A stretch of 64,000 nucleotides of DNA, from the NCBI RefSeq assembly GCF_002113885.1, contig NW_018404943.1:892363-956362 (forward strand). Direction: 5' to 3'. The DNA comes from Mizuhopecten yessoensis. Lineage: Eukaryota. How positions within the stretch are numbered: position 1 is the first letter of the stretch; each line of letters starts with the position of its first letter. The notes under the pieces are model-generated. The model did no database searches, was not told where the DNA came from, and worked only from the letters and a program-made list of their open reading frames with translations. Position numbers and translations under genes: made by a program. This document shows, in pieces, positions 1-13,300 of this stretch.

Positions 1-966
1 CACTTGTTTAGCTTCCTTTTTCCCCCCCCCAAGAACCACTCTCCCATTTAAAAATTATATTTAGTTTATAGATTTTTGGATAACAATGAGTGATTGAGTG
101 ATTATTCTACTTCATTTCATAAATATTGTCTGTGGGAATAAGTTGGAATTTGAATTTGTTGAGTTCTGTCTCTTAAATAGCTTTTTTTTTAATAAATTCA
201 GTGAAGGTTTCGAAAGACCAGCCCAAGACCATAGGTTGATAATTTGGCAGGTAGAATTTCATGTGGCAGACAGTTCGAATCTTTTGATAGACCCATAAGA
301 ATAGAAGCTACATACATGTAATACATTTTATCTATCCTTTTTTCAATCTACAATAATTTGAAAGTATAGTCTGGCATTCATATCCTTTCCTAAAAGCACA
401 TAAAAGATTATCAAAAACTTGTTCAAAAAATTTGCTGAGCTGATCAAAATGAGTTGGTTCATATACCGCCGATATGGATGGTAGTATGCCGACCCGTCTG
501 TATTTTCCTTTATCTAATCTGACCTTTTTTTCTTGAAATGGTTTGTACTTGTGCTTGTTTTAAATTGTCAGGGAAGAAACAAGAACTGATAGTTATGTTG
601 ATAAGTTTTGTTATGTAGGGTGTAAGAGAGTGTTGTCCAGCTTTGAACACTCAAAGTTAAAGGTTTGTAGGCATAGACATGTACATCACACCATATAACA
701 TCCAGCCATATATTGTGTTGTGATAGAACTAAATCAATATAATATGTACCCGTGTGGTTGTGTGTTAAATGTGTGCTTCCTGTTTCTACATGAAAACAAG
801 CTATGGTCTGTAGGAAGGCATTTTTTTTTTTCATTTTAGAGCAGGAGTTCTGACTTTACCAGTGCTTATCACTAAATGCCAATAAAACTTTAGCGTAGGT
901 ATGGAAATCTAGGGTCGGTAGGGAAACCGGAAACACATATTTTTTGGGCCTTATTGTGCCTGTATT

Positions 967-1143
967 CCTTGTTATCACCACAGAATTAGATTAGATGTTA
1001 TCTAAGTCCTTGTTATCACCACAGAATTAGATTAGATGTTATCTAAGTCCGTGTTATCACCACAGAATTAGATTAGATGTTATCTAAGTCCGTGTTATCA
1101 CCACAGAATTAGATTAGATGTTATCTAAGTCCGTGTTATCACC
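967..1143. repeat. 41-bp tandem repeat, ~4 copies
   Basis: CC(T/G)TGTTATCACCACAGAATTAGATTAGATGTTATCTAAGT. Confidence 0.95.
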
Positions 1144-2245
1144 CAATAGTAAAAGACATAACTTAAAAATTTGATGACTCCTCTCAATTTTCAAACTTTT
1201 CGGATCCGCTATGAACCTATATCGTTTTAAAATTTATTTGCACCAATATGAAATACTTCAGTTTCCTTTTCAAAGTATTTATTATGGTCCATAAATGTTT
1301 GGTGTTTTAAACGCCCATGTGAATTTTGTGAAGGAGTGAAATGGCCGCGCCTTGACCCTTTTTACTCCGACATTGTTTTATATTGGAAGAGTGGACAGCT
1401 CTCGACATCTAATTATAAATGTGCCGGTAAGTAACAAATGACGTCTATAAGCTTCGAGACTGACTTAGGAAGTACATGTAGAACAAGGTCACAGAGGTCA
1501 GGGTTACAAGTTGATGTGAAGTCATGTGACCCTATTTGCAATACTGGCCTTAATGCAAAAACTTAACCAGTCACCAAAATGCTATACTTATCGAGGAATA
1601 TAAGCATTCCAAGTTACATGACCCTGACAGATCTGCAGTACTTAAGCCCATGACTCTTATGGTAAAAACTTAACCATTGTAAAACAGGTCAAGGCCAATA
1701 TTGTGAAGGTCACAGAAATGCTGCGAGACATGCCGTACTCAAGACACATAAATATGTGAAATTTAACCCAATTAACTTCCTAGCCGGCAGCAAAAATTAC
1801 ATTTCTGGTGGATGAAAAATCCCAGGTTGGAAAGATGAACGATATTTCTGTCAATAATCAGCGCTTCTATACTATCCAAGTAAAATTACCGTGAGAATAC
1901 CCCCACCCCTCGTTCTCCCCATTTTGGAGTAATCTAGGTAAATTTAATATATACCTTTACATTCCCTTTCATTTTGATGTCAGGAATAACTCAATAGTTT
2001 AAGTCATACCACAGTCTTCCCTCTTGTATCAGTCACTATATGTCAAAGGTTATGGCCACCGGTTCTATACATACAATGTAGATTTCAATCTCCTTTTGCC
2101 TTGCTCAAATTTTAAAAAGTCTAGATTCAATGCTCAATAACTGAAGGCAAGTGATTTTAGGCCCACCAGGTCTAAGTCATGCACAAACTCTAACATATAC
2201 AACAAATAAACAGACAAATTCTGAATATTTTCAACAGACTGGAAT

Positions 2246-2251
2246 TTTATT
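2246..2251 (-). terminator. Candidate poly(A) signal AATAAA for gene A, implying a ~1.75-kb 3' UTR
   Basis: tttatt on plus strand at the end of a long AU-rich stretch downstream of the stop; other signals are possible. Confidence 0.35.
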
Positions 2252-3074
2252 CCACAATTTACAATATTTTCAACATCACAATAGTGAAATCTGTAAATTG
2301 TATAAAGTATTCATATTCAACATATATATATATGTCATTTGAGGAGTACAGTCATTTTTATGCCATTCCCAAACAGAATACATAAATTGCTTGTTAGGCT
2401 AAGCATAATTTACCTGTTTTTGAAAACAGCCAGAAGTACATGCACAAAATAAAGATTGCGAGATACATACAAATTCATTTACAAGATATATAGGTTTGCA
2501 ACCAAGGTCATTTAGGTATCTGGAAGGCCTTTGTCCTTGATCATGTGTGTCTCTCAATTACTGGTACCGAGTTTTCAAAATCTCAGTCAAGTGGTATGTA
2601 TTTTATTAACGTTCATGTATAGGTAGATATTTGTATAAAAATCTGTTTGTAACTGGGGTATATAAATTAAGTTAATGTCTCTATAAATACAGAAGTGCAA
2701 CAATAAAGGTGCAACCTTTTAAAGAATGTGTAGCATCTTGCACATTTTGTAGTATATATGAAATATTATGTACAAAAATAGTTTTCAAAATATGGAAATA
2801 ATGTTTTACAACTATCAACTTTTGTAAAAATGTATGGAATATATATATAGAAAACAAAAATATTATGATATGCAATACAAAGTTCCAATGTATATATTAT
2901 AATGCATCAGCAATTTCAACACATACCGGTAAATATAGTGATGTTAGATGTACAATAGTGTCCGCCAAATAGTTTCCGTAAAATCTTGGCTGAACCATAT
3001 GGATGTATGAGCACTAAGCACATGATATAAATGTTTAAAGTATACTTATTGCACTTTAATCTCCTATCAGTCAT

Positions 3075-3425
3075 CATCCTCGATATCCAGGGGTTAATAC
3101 TCTCACTTGCGCTCTCTGCACCCCTGGAATATGTCATAGGCACAAAGACAGCTGTTTGATTGGTCTCCGGTAAAAAAACACCTGACCAATTGCTAGGCTG
3201 ATACCTGTCCCTTGAAGGTTACAAAGGGGCCACACCCAACTTCAAAGTCAGTCAATTTTTACCGTTACACACCGTGATATTCTTTTGATGTACATCAAAG
3301 GATCAAACTAGTCTTTTTGTCTCATCAACAGGGTGGCACACACTGAGCCTTCAATTTTGCTAGGACGTCATATACCAGGGGTGCAGAGAGCGAAACTGAG
3401 AGTAACCCCTGGAGTATTAAGGATG
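3075..3425. mobile_element. MITE with ~60-bp imperfect TIRs in the predicted gene A 3' UTR
   Basis: CATCCT..CCAGGGGTTA..CGCTCTCTGCACCCCTGG versus CCAGGGGTGCAGAGAGCG..TAACCCCTGG..AGGATG. Confidence 0.6.
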
Positions 3426-3849
3426 TTGTCACATGTAGACACCATTATGTATCCTCCTCAACGATAGCATCGGACAATGTCCATGTCAGAGATGTCAAGA
3501 GTTCCTGAGAGGACTAGCAATATGTTCAGTGATGGACTGTATTGTCACATGGTTAAACATTTCAGGAACATATACTTTTACAATGCATTTCGATTCAACT
3601 TAGAATCTAACATTATAGCCTCTGTTTTTCCCCATAGTGATATGATTTTTAGAACAAGATTTGCTCATTCAAGTTCCAGTTTTGATAATAATTCCAGTTA
3701 AGGCTGCAGTTTTCCTGTCAGTAAATGACAGTTTTTTTCTAATACAAGTACATTTAAGTTTCAACTGTGCTGATGACTTTGGTAAATATGTTGAAAGATT
3801 CATATGGTGCTTATATTAAGACCATTCAGATATTTATGGTACTGATCAA

Positions 3850-3932
3850 CCCTTTCACCACTGTGGACCATAATGGACTCGTCCAGATCAATGCATGGTA
3901 GAGTTTACTAAAGTTACATAGGGGTGAAAGGG
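3850..3932. mobile_element. Second copy of the 83-bp mini-MITE, opposite orientation, in the predicted gene A 3' UTR
   Basis: Same TIRs; interior is a reverse-complement match to 8095-8177. Confidence 0.72.
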
Positions 3933-3994
3933 TTAATTACATTCAGATGTTGATGATACAATGTTATGTGTAGACTCTCAGCACATGTAAATGT

Positions 3995-4347
3995 TCATGG
4001 TGCTGGTATAGACTCCTGGTAGCCTAAACCCTGGGACCCTGACACACGAGAAAAGCCGTAATTCGGGCCCAAACCTTCAGATGAATACAGCGAGCTTGGA
4101 CGTTGAAGATATCTTGGGCGGTACCTCTTCTGAGCAATAAGCTTAACTCCCATAATCACAAAACCAATAAATACAGCAACAAACACAACACCAATTAAAC
4201 TTCCAATCAAAATTGTCATCTGGACTCGGGTCAGACCAGACTCCTCCTCCACTGCCCCAGGGTTGGGTGTGGTCTGTCGAACAGTTTCATGATATCTTTT
4301 TGTGTTGAGCCGTTCTTCCTTTTCCTTAAAGCCAGGAACTATGTCAT
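3995..4347 (-). CDS. Gene A last coding exon: juxtamembrane stalk, TM helix and ~49-aa cytoplasmic tail
   Basis: ttgcag acceptor in frame with ORF 3995-4252; [23 protein letters not shown] followed by basic [11 protein letters not shown]. Confidence 0.85.
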
Positions 4348-7300
4348 CTGCAAGTTGTGAAGAGAAAAAATAAATGATTTTGACTTTTTTAAAGAAAATG
4401 TGAACAGCTCTTATCTACAACAGGTGTAAGAATGTTGTCAAGGAGATCAGTTGGACCAAGATTAAAGATTTAATATCATCATTATTAATATCATATTCTA
4501 TAATATTGGCCTTCAATTTGAAACTGCAATAAAACCAATGTTCTGCATTAAAATTACTGGGTAATAGTGTATAAAGTTTTGACAAGCATCATTACTATAT
4601 GAGTAGAATAATAAACATTCAGTTAAACAGATTAACTGGAAATTTTAGGGTAATTTACAAAGCAATTCCAATTAAGAATAATGATGGTAAGGAAGAATAT
4701 TAATTTAATCAGAAAGGCAAAGAAGGCTCTTCAGTACTTATTGATTTTTTCTTGGTTTTTTTTCTCCAGTATGTGTCTCTAATGTCTTTGAGGTAAGAAC
4801 TTTTTACCTAAAAATGCCTCATTGTCCGGTTTTAAGAGCTTTCCTCTTGCTCCCTCAAACATGAGGCAGTGATAAGATCCATAAGTGTTGATGCAGACCT
4901 GTGTGCCCACTCGTCCTCCACAAACACTGTCCCTACTTTCACATTCATTGATATCTGCAGAAATACAAATGAACAAACTCTAAAACCAATGCCATTAAGC
5001 CACAAAGAGATTTTACCTCATTATAATATATATGTATACTTACTACACATTGAGCTATGATTTCAAAAAGCTATAAACATGTTCTCTCTACACACAGAAG
5101 AGTAGGGGGTCAAAAACCTAGTTATACATGTCCCCATTCACAAACCATTGATCTGACCTGTTAAATTAAACTCAGCACTGCTACCCGACATAGATATACT
5201 GTACTTTCCACTAATGTTTTGTCCCCCGTAGATATATTCCATATTGAGGTTGTGATCTTACAAACTGCATTCTCCCCTGAGTTGGGACCTCACAAACTGC
5301 TTCCTCCCCTGAGTTGTGACCTCACAAACTGCATTCTCCCCCGAGTTGTGACCCCACAAACTGCTTGCTCCCCGAGTTGTGACCTCACAAACTGCTTTCT
5401 CCCCGAGTTGTGACCTCACAAACTGCTTTATCCCCGAGTTGTGACCTCACAAACTGCTTTCTCCCCGAGTTGTGAGCTCACAAACTGCTTTCTCCCCTGA
5501 GTTGTGACCTCACAAACTGCTTTCTCCCCTGAGTTGGGACCTCACAAACTGCATTCTCCCCCGAGTTGTGACCTCACAGACTGGTTTCTCCCCTGAGTTG
5601 TGAGTTGTGACCTCACAACCAACTGTATTTTCCTCCAAGTCCTGACCTCACAAAGATATACTGCATTCTCCCTTTTGTTGTAACCTCACATGAAAATTGC
5701 ATTCTCTCCTCAATTATGGCCTCACAAAGATTACTGTATTTCCCCTAAAATATGGCCTCACAAAGATTACTGTATTTCCTTTACAATATGACCTCACAAA
5801 GACATAGCACACTCTCTCCTGAGTTGTGACTCACCAAGCTATACATTTATACAAAGTAATATGTATAAATGGATCGACAGAAAGATAAAAAGATTTTATC
5901 AAAATTAAAGTGATACTCTTATAAACAGTACTTAGCACTTTGTAGATGACTACATAAAAGTGGACATTTTTCACTGTGCGTAAATGTGCACGCTATTCAC
6001 ATTGAATAAATTAGTGCATGTATACATAGACAATTACATATAGATTATAGATATATACAGTGTTTGGTTTGGTTTTGGTTAGTATTGTTTAACGTCCTAT
6101 CAACAGCTATGGTCATTTAAGGACGGCCTCCCCTGTGTGCAAGATGCAAGCGTGTAGTGTATGCGTTTGTGTTTTGGGCTGCGATATGTTCGTGATTGTC
6201 TCCTTGTGATAGCGGGGAACTGATGCCGAATATATAGTGCTACCTCACTGAAACATACTGCCGAAGACACCCAGCAGGACACCCCACCCGGTCACTGCGA
6301 ACCAGTCGTCCCACTCTTAAAATGCTGAGCGTTAAGCAGGAGTAGAAACTACCATTTTTACAGACTGGTATGTCTCGGCCAGGGGACAGAACCCAAATCC
6401 TTCCTCACAGGGACGAACGCTCAACTAAAGGCCAAAAGTGAGGCATTGTCAAGGGAGACATTAGAGATACAGTGTAGCATATATTGAGCTAGAGACCATT
6501 GCCGACATGAAATTCTCCCCATCACAATCAGCTGAAGGATCGAGTCACAATGCAAGCATTTCCACTATAACTGTAATGAATGATTGTCTATAAACATATG
6601 TTCCTATTCCGTCTTTGCGTATTGAAGAGTTATCTTCTCTTGGTAGCAGGTATTGATTGTTACGTCACTTGTTTGTGAGAATAACGTAATCAATTTTTGA
6701 GAAAACGACGTTATTTTCTCACACAGACCATTGACGTAACAATCAATACCTGCTCCCAAGAGAAGATAACTCTGCAATACGCAAAGACGGAATAGGGAAC
6801 GTAATAATTGAACTTGTAAGTCACTCTTTTCCAAGCTTTCGGGCTTAGCCCTTCGTCAGGGATCAAATGTCAACATGTTTGTCAAGATGGATGTGACATA
6901 TAGGTCCAGTGACATTTGATCCCTGACGAAGGGCTAAGTCCGAAAGCTTGGAAAAGAGTGACTTACAAGTTCGTTAATGTAATGAATGACATAATTGAAG
7001 CTATATAAGGATCCAGCAACAACTATAATGCTGATTACCTGAACAAGTGTGACCATCAATGTTGAGGGTAAATCCTGCATTACAAATGCACCGATAAAAA
7101 CCTACTACGTTGGTACAGATCTGATCACATGGTCCCAACTCATTACATTCGTCAATGTCCGAACAGGTGACGCCATCTTGTTGTAGTCGGAACCCGAAGA
7201 AGCAGCCACAATGAAAGGCCCCGAATGTGTCCACACATAGCTGGGTACAGTTGCCTCTGTTAGAGGTCAGACAATGGTTGATGACTGCAATGATCAATGA

Positions 7301-10300
7301 TATATACAGTAGCGATATCTAGGAATGAAACTCCTGATTACAGTGGAGCCACAGCAAATGTGTTCCGATTATGAGATCAAAATACCTTAAACGCTTATGG
7401 TTTTCAAAACATGACACCTTGTTTAATTACACTCGAAACTTATATTTGAGATTATCCTGCCGTGTTATTACATTTTACTGGTGACCCATATTTAGGACGG
7501 TGTAACGAAGTTTGTGTTTAAGGGTAACTGTTGCCTAAAAAGCTGGTTACCACTAAATAAGACATATATACAAAATCGCATTGATAAAAATATGATATGA
7601 TCTGAGACACATGTTTTTATAATTATAATTATGCAATATTTAAAAATTTCATTAATACATTGGATACATTTTTGTTTACCTTTGGTAGTACAATGTACAT
7701 GTACCTGGTTGCTATCTATGAATCATTTTTTTTCTGCTGTTAAATTAACATTACAAAAACCCAGACAACATTTGAAACTGATGGCTCATTTGAGACTGTT
7801 TTATTTTTACGTCAGACTTATATTTGAGACTTCAGATTGAACATATCCGGGGCAATTAAAAAAGCCACTGTTGAAAGCAAAATCTTTTCTGCGAGATAAA
7901 ATACCAACCTGGATGCTGTGGACCGGTTTCACCTGAAGTAAGGAAATTACATTAGTGCATTGGACACTTGATAAATCAGTATTAACAACAAATGAGAAAA
8001 AGACAATCTATGAGTTTGGCGACACATTTCTATCTATATTGTACTATACATACAATGCTTGTAATATCAGCATACTGTGATCTGTGAAATTTAACCCTTT
8101 CACCCCTATGTAACTTTAGTGAACTCTACCATGCATTGATTTTGGCGAGTCCATTATGGTTCACAGTGGTGAAAGGGTTAAGGATCCCTGGCCCTAAGCA
8201 GGTAAAACAATGGAGAATTCCATTGTTTTACATAGTGTCACCACCTTTTTATTTTGTTTCCGATATAAAAGTAGCAGGTCTAAGGCCAGATGATTACCAT
8301 CGACTTGGTAAACAGATAATTGCGAAGTCTGTTAGAGAGAGCCTGTTTCATGTAAGGAGGTGTAGGTTTTAAACCCAGAGAGGCCCTTTTCTAAACACTT
8401 TCTTCAGGTTGGTAGGTATGGATTATGAAAAGTTCTTTTTTTGTACTGTCACCTTCATCAGACAAGTGACCAGTGAAGCGTATGTACCCAAAGGTGTAAA
8501 ATATGTACGAGTTGTCCACAAAATCGATGTTGATTTCGGCTACGCTGTAAGCGTATGTACAATAAATGTTATGTATGCACCGAAATTACTCGATTCAGCT
8601 ACGCTTTGTTTAAGCGCTCTGGTCATTTGTCTGATGAAGGTGACAGTGTACATATCTTACTAGTCATCGAAACGTCACATAGAAAATTTTATTGGTTGTG
8701 TAAAAAGAACTTTTCATTATTCAGATAGGCCTTGTTTATGCAATTATGTTAAAACATCTGCAGCTATATAATAATGTCTTCCATCAAATCCAACGTACGT
8801 CTGTAGAATATTCTGTAGTTATGGGTCTCTTTTCAGAAATAATTTAATACAGCTATAGCCATGTGAGCAAACAAAAAACACTTCCAATGCATAAGGAGAG
8901 TTTTTGAGTGAAGAATTATATTTTCTAACCATATCTGTTACATAGCAATGTGGAGCTTGCTTAGCTGCTTCTGTATCCCCACAAATGGTTAAATCTTACC
9001 TACAGCTCCAGTATACCCCTGTGGTCCCATTGGTCCAGTGCTTCCGAAACCTGTATTCCCAACTACACCTGTCGGTCCTATTGGACCAGTATGACCTGTC
9101 CATCCTATTGGTCCAGTATTTCCTTGTGGTCCTGTATTCCCAACAAAACCTGTAGGTCCCATTGGACCAGAATATCCTGTCCATCCTATTGGTCCAGTGT
9201 TTCCCTGTGGGCCCGTATTTCCTACCACACCTGTAGGTCCTATTGGGCCAGTATGTCCTGTCAATCCTATTGGTCCTGTGTTTCCCTGTGGTCCTGTATT
9301 ACCAACAACACCTGTGGGTCCTACTGGTCCAATACCTCCGGTCAAACCTATAGCTCCTGTGTTTCCCTGTGGTCCTGTATTACCAACAACACCTGTAGGT
9401 CCTATTGGTCCAGTACTTCCTGTCAAACCTATAGCTCCTGTGTTTCCCTGTGGTCCTGTATTACCAACAACACCTGTAGGTCCTATTGGTCCAGTACTTC
9501 CTGTCAAACCTATAGCTCCTGTGTTTCCCTGTGGTCCTGTATTACCAACAACACCTGTAGGTCCTATTGGTCCAGTACTTCCTGTCAAACCTATAGCTCC
9601 TGTGTTTCCCTGTGGTCCTGTATTACCAACAACACCTGTAGGTCCTATTGGTCCAGTACTTCCTGTCAAACCTATAGCTCCTGTGTTTCCCTGTGGTCCT
9701 GTATTACCAACAACACCTGTAGGTCCTATTGGTCCAGTACTTCCTGTCAAACCTATAGCTCCTGTGTTTCCCTGTGGTCCTGTATTACCAACAACACCTG
9801 TAGGTCCTATTGGTCCAGTACTTCCTGTCAAACCTTTAGCTCCTGTGTTTCCCTGTGGTCCTGTATTACCAACAACACCTGTAGGTCCTATTGGTCCAGT
9901 ACTTCCTGTTAATCCTAAGGCTCCAGTGTTTCCCTGTGGTCCTGTATTACCAACAACACCTGTAGGTCCTATTGGTCCAGTACTTCCTGTCAAACCTATA
10001 GCTCCTGTGTTTCCCTGTGGTCCTGTATTACCAACAACACCTGTAGGTCCTATTGGTCCAGTACTTCCTGTTAATCCTAAGGCTCCAGTGTTTCCCTGTG
10101 GTCCTGTATTACCAACAACACCTGTAGGTCCTATTGGTCCAGTACTTCCTGTCAAACCTATAGCTCCTGTGTTTCCCTGTGGTCCTGTATTCCCAACAAC
10201 ACCTGTAGGTCCTATTGGTCCAGTACTTCCTGTTAATCCTAAGGCTCCAGTGTTTCCCTGTGGTCCTGTATTACCAACAACACCTGTAGGTCCTATTGGT

Positions 10301-13300
10301 CCAGTACTTCCTGTCAAACCTATAGCTCCTGTGTTTCCCTGTGGTCCTGTATTCCCAACAACACCTGTAGGTCCTATTGGTCCAGTACTTCCTGTTAATC
10401 CTAAGGCTCCAGTGTTTCCCTGTGGTCCTGTATTACCAACAACACCTGTAGGTCCTATTGGTCCAGTACTTCCTGTCAAACCTATAGCTCCTGTGTTTCC
10501 CTGTGGTCCTGTATTACCAACAACACCTGTAGGTCCTATTGGTCCAGTACTTCCTGTCAAACCTATAGCTCCAGTGTTTCCCTGTGGTCCTGTATTACCA
10601 ACAACACCTGTAGGTCCTATTGGTCCAGTACTTCCTGTCAAACCTATAGCTCCTGTGTTTCCCTGTGGTCCTGTATTACCAACAACACCTGTAGGTCCTA
10701 TTGGTCCAGTACTTCCTGTCAAACCTATAGCTCCAGTGTTTCCCTGTGGTCCTGTATTACCAACAACACCTGTAGGTCCTATTGGTCCAGTACTTCCTGT
10801 CAAACCTATAGCTCCTGTGTTTCCCTGTGGTCCTGTATTACCAACAACACCTGTAGGTCCTATTGGTCCAGTACTTCCTGTCAAACCTATAGCTCCAGTG
10901 TTTCCCTGTGGTCCTGTATTACCAACAACACCTGTAGGTCCTATTGGTCCAGTACTTCCTGTCAAACCTATAGCTCCTGTGTTTCCCTGTGGTCCTGTAT
11001 TACCAACAACACCTGTAGGTCCTATTGGTCCAGTACTTCCTGTCAAACCTATAGCTCCAGTGTTTCCCTGTGGTCCTGTATTACCAACAACACCTGTAGG
11101 TCCTATTGGTCCAGTACTTCCTGTCAAACCTATAGCTCCTGTGTTTCCCTGTGGTCCTGTATTACCAACAACACCTGTAGGTCCTATTGGTCCAGTACTT
11201 CCTGTCAAACCTATAGCTCCTGTGTTTCCCTGTGGTCCTGTATTACCAACAACACCTGTAGGTCCTATTGGTCCAGTACTTCCTGTCAAACCTATAGCTC
11301 CTGTGTTTCCCTGTGGTCCTGTATTACCAACAACACCTGTAGGTCCTATTGGTCCAGTACTTCCTGTCAAACCTATAGCTCCTGTGTTTCCCTGTGGTCC
11401 TGTATTACCAACAACACCTGTAGGTCCTATTGGTCCAGTACTTCCTGTCAAACCTATAGCTCCTGTGTTTCCCTGTGGTCCTGTATTACCAACAACACCT
11501 GTAGGTCCTATTGGTCCAGTACTTCCTGTCAAACCTATAGCTCCTGTGTTTCCCTGTGGTCCTGTATTACCAACAACACCTGTGGGTCCTACTGGTCCAA
11601 TACCTCCGGTCAAACCTATAGCTCCTGTGTTTCCCTGTGGTCCTGTATTACCAACACCACCTGTAGGTCCTATTGGTCCAGTACTTCCTGTTAATCCTAA
11701 GGCTCCTGTGTTTCCCTGTGGTCCTGTATTACCAACAACACCTGTAGGTCCTAGTGGTCCAGTACTTCCTGTCAACCCTATAGCTCCTCTGTTTCCCTGT
11801 GGTCCTGTATTACCAACAACACCTGTAGGTCCTATTGGTCCAGTACTTCCTGTTAATCCTAAGGCTCCTGTGTTTCCCTGTGGTCCTGTATTACCAACAA
11901 CACCTGTGGATCCTGTATTACCAACAACACCTGTAGGTCCTATTGGCCCAGTCCTTCCTGTCAAACCTATAGCTCCTGTGTTTCCCTGTGGTCCTGTATT
12001 CCCAGTAAAACCTGTAGGTCCTATTGGTCCAGTACTTCCTGTCAAACCTATAGCTCCTGTGTTTCCCTGTGGTCCTGTATTCCCAACAACACCTGTTGGT
12101 CCTACTGGTCCAGTACTTCCTGTTAATCCTAAGGCTCCAGTGTTTCCCTGTGGTCCTGTATTACCAACAACACCTGTAGGTCCTATTGGTCCAGTACTTC
12201 CTGTCAAACCTATAGCTCCTGTGTTTCCCTGTTGTCCTGTTTTTCCAGCAACACCTGTGGGTCCTACTGGTCCAGTACTTCCTATTAATCCTAAGGCTCC
12301 AGTGTTTCCCTGTGGCCCAGTACTTCCTGTTAATCCTATGGCTCCAGTATTTCCCTGTGGCCCAGTACTTCCTGTTAAACCTAAGGGTCCTGTTATTCCT
12401 TGTGGCCCAGTACTTCCTGTTAATCCTAAGGCTCCCGTTATTCCTTGTGGACCAGTACTTCCTGTTAATCCTAAGGCTCCCGTTATTCCTTGTGGCCCAG
12501 TACTTCCTGTCAGTCCTGTGGCTCCTGTGTTTCCTTGGGTAATTGTTGGTATTGTCACCTGTGCTGTGGTTACTATCTGTGTTGTGGCTACATGGGGTGT
12601 CGTCACTGGTGTTGTGGTTACCGGTGTTGTCACTTGTGTTGTGGTTACCTGTGTTGTTGTCACCTGTGTTGAGATATTAGGTGCAGTTGTAGGACCAGCA
12701 GTCGTTGTAGGTACAACTACAATAAACAGAAAATAGGAGTAAGACAATGACAATTGGAAAATTTCACAATTGCATATGGTCTGAACAGATGAATCATGAA
12801 AAATTTTACACAGGAAAATTGTCATGTTTGAATTACTGAACTTCAATGTATCCGTTCCTTACATGGTTCTAAATCTGCCTGGACAGAGAAGAAAAAGGGT
12901 TTGATGAAGAATTCTAGCTGTGAGCCCACTGCCAGTGTACCGTCATTAGCATAGGTCAACAGTGTACCGTTGTTTGGTGTGGGAGAGTAGCTAAAGCTCA
13001 TTGGTATATAGGCCACATCTGTGCTCCAGCCTAGGAAAATTCCAGCACCAGTTGTCGGAGCATTGTTGATGACAATCTGAGACAAAGCAGAAATTATGTA
13101 GTGTATACTGTGAAACTTTCACCCTACTCCAGTAAAACTTTCACCCTACTCCAGTTTTCACCCTACTCCAGTAAATCCCTTCACCCCACTCCAGTAAATC
13201 CCTTCACCCTACTCCAGTAAAACTTTCACCCTACTCCAGTAAAACTTTCATCCTACTCCAATAAAACTTTCACCCTACTCCAGCAAAACTTTCACCCTAC

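Larger units (their letters stand above)
6584..6977. mobile_element. Composite double-hairpin insertion; the second hairpin is an inverted Penelope-type repeat
   Basis: Hairpin 1 at 6603-6796, hairpin 2 at 6810-6972; both are enclosed by the direct repeat TGTAATGAATGA (6572-6583, 6978-6989). Confidence 0.65.

Noticed and set aside
9197-12736. 1179-aa plus-strand Pro-rich ORF ([12 protein letters not shown]...)
   Set aside because: Antisense shadow of the Gly-X-Y repeat (GGN reads as NCC); the splice sites and domain logic support the minus strand
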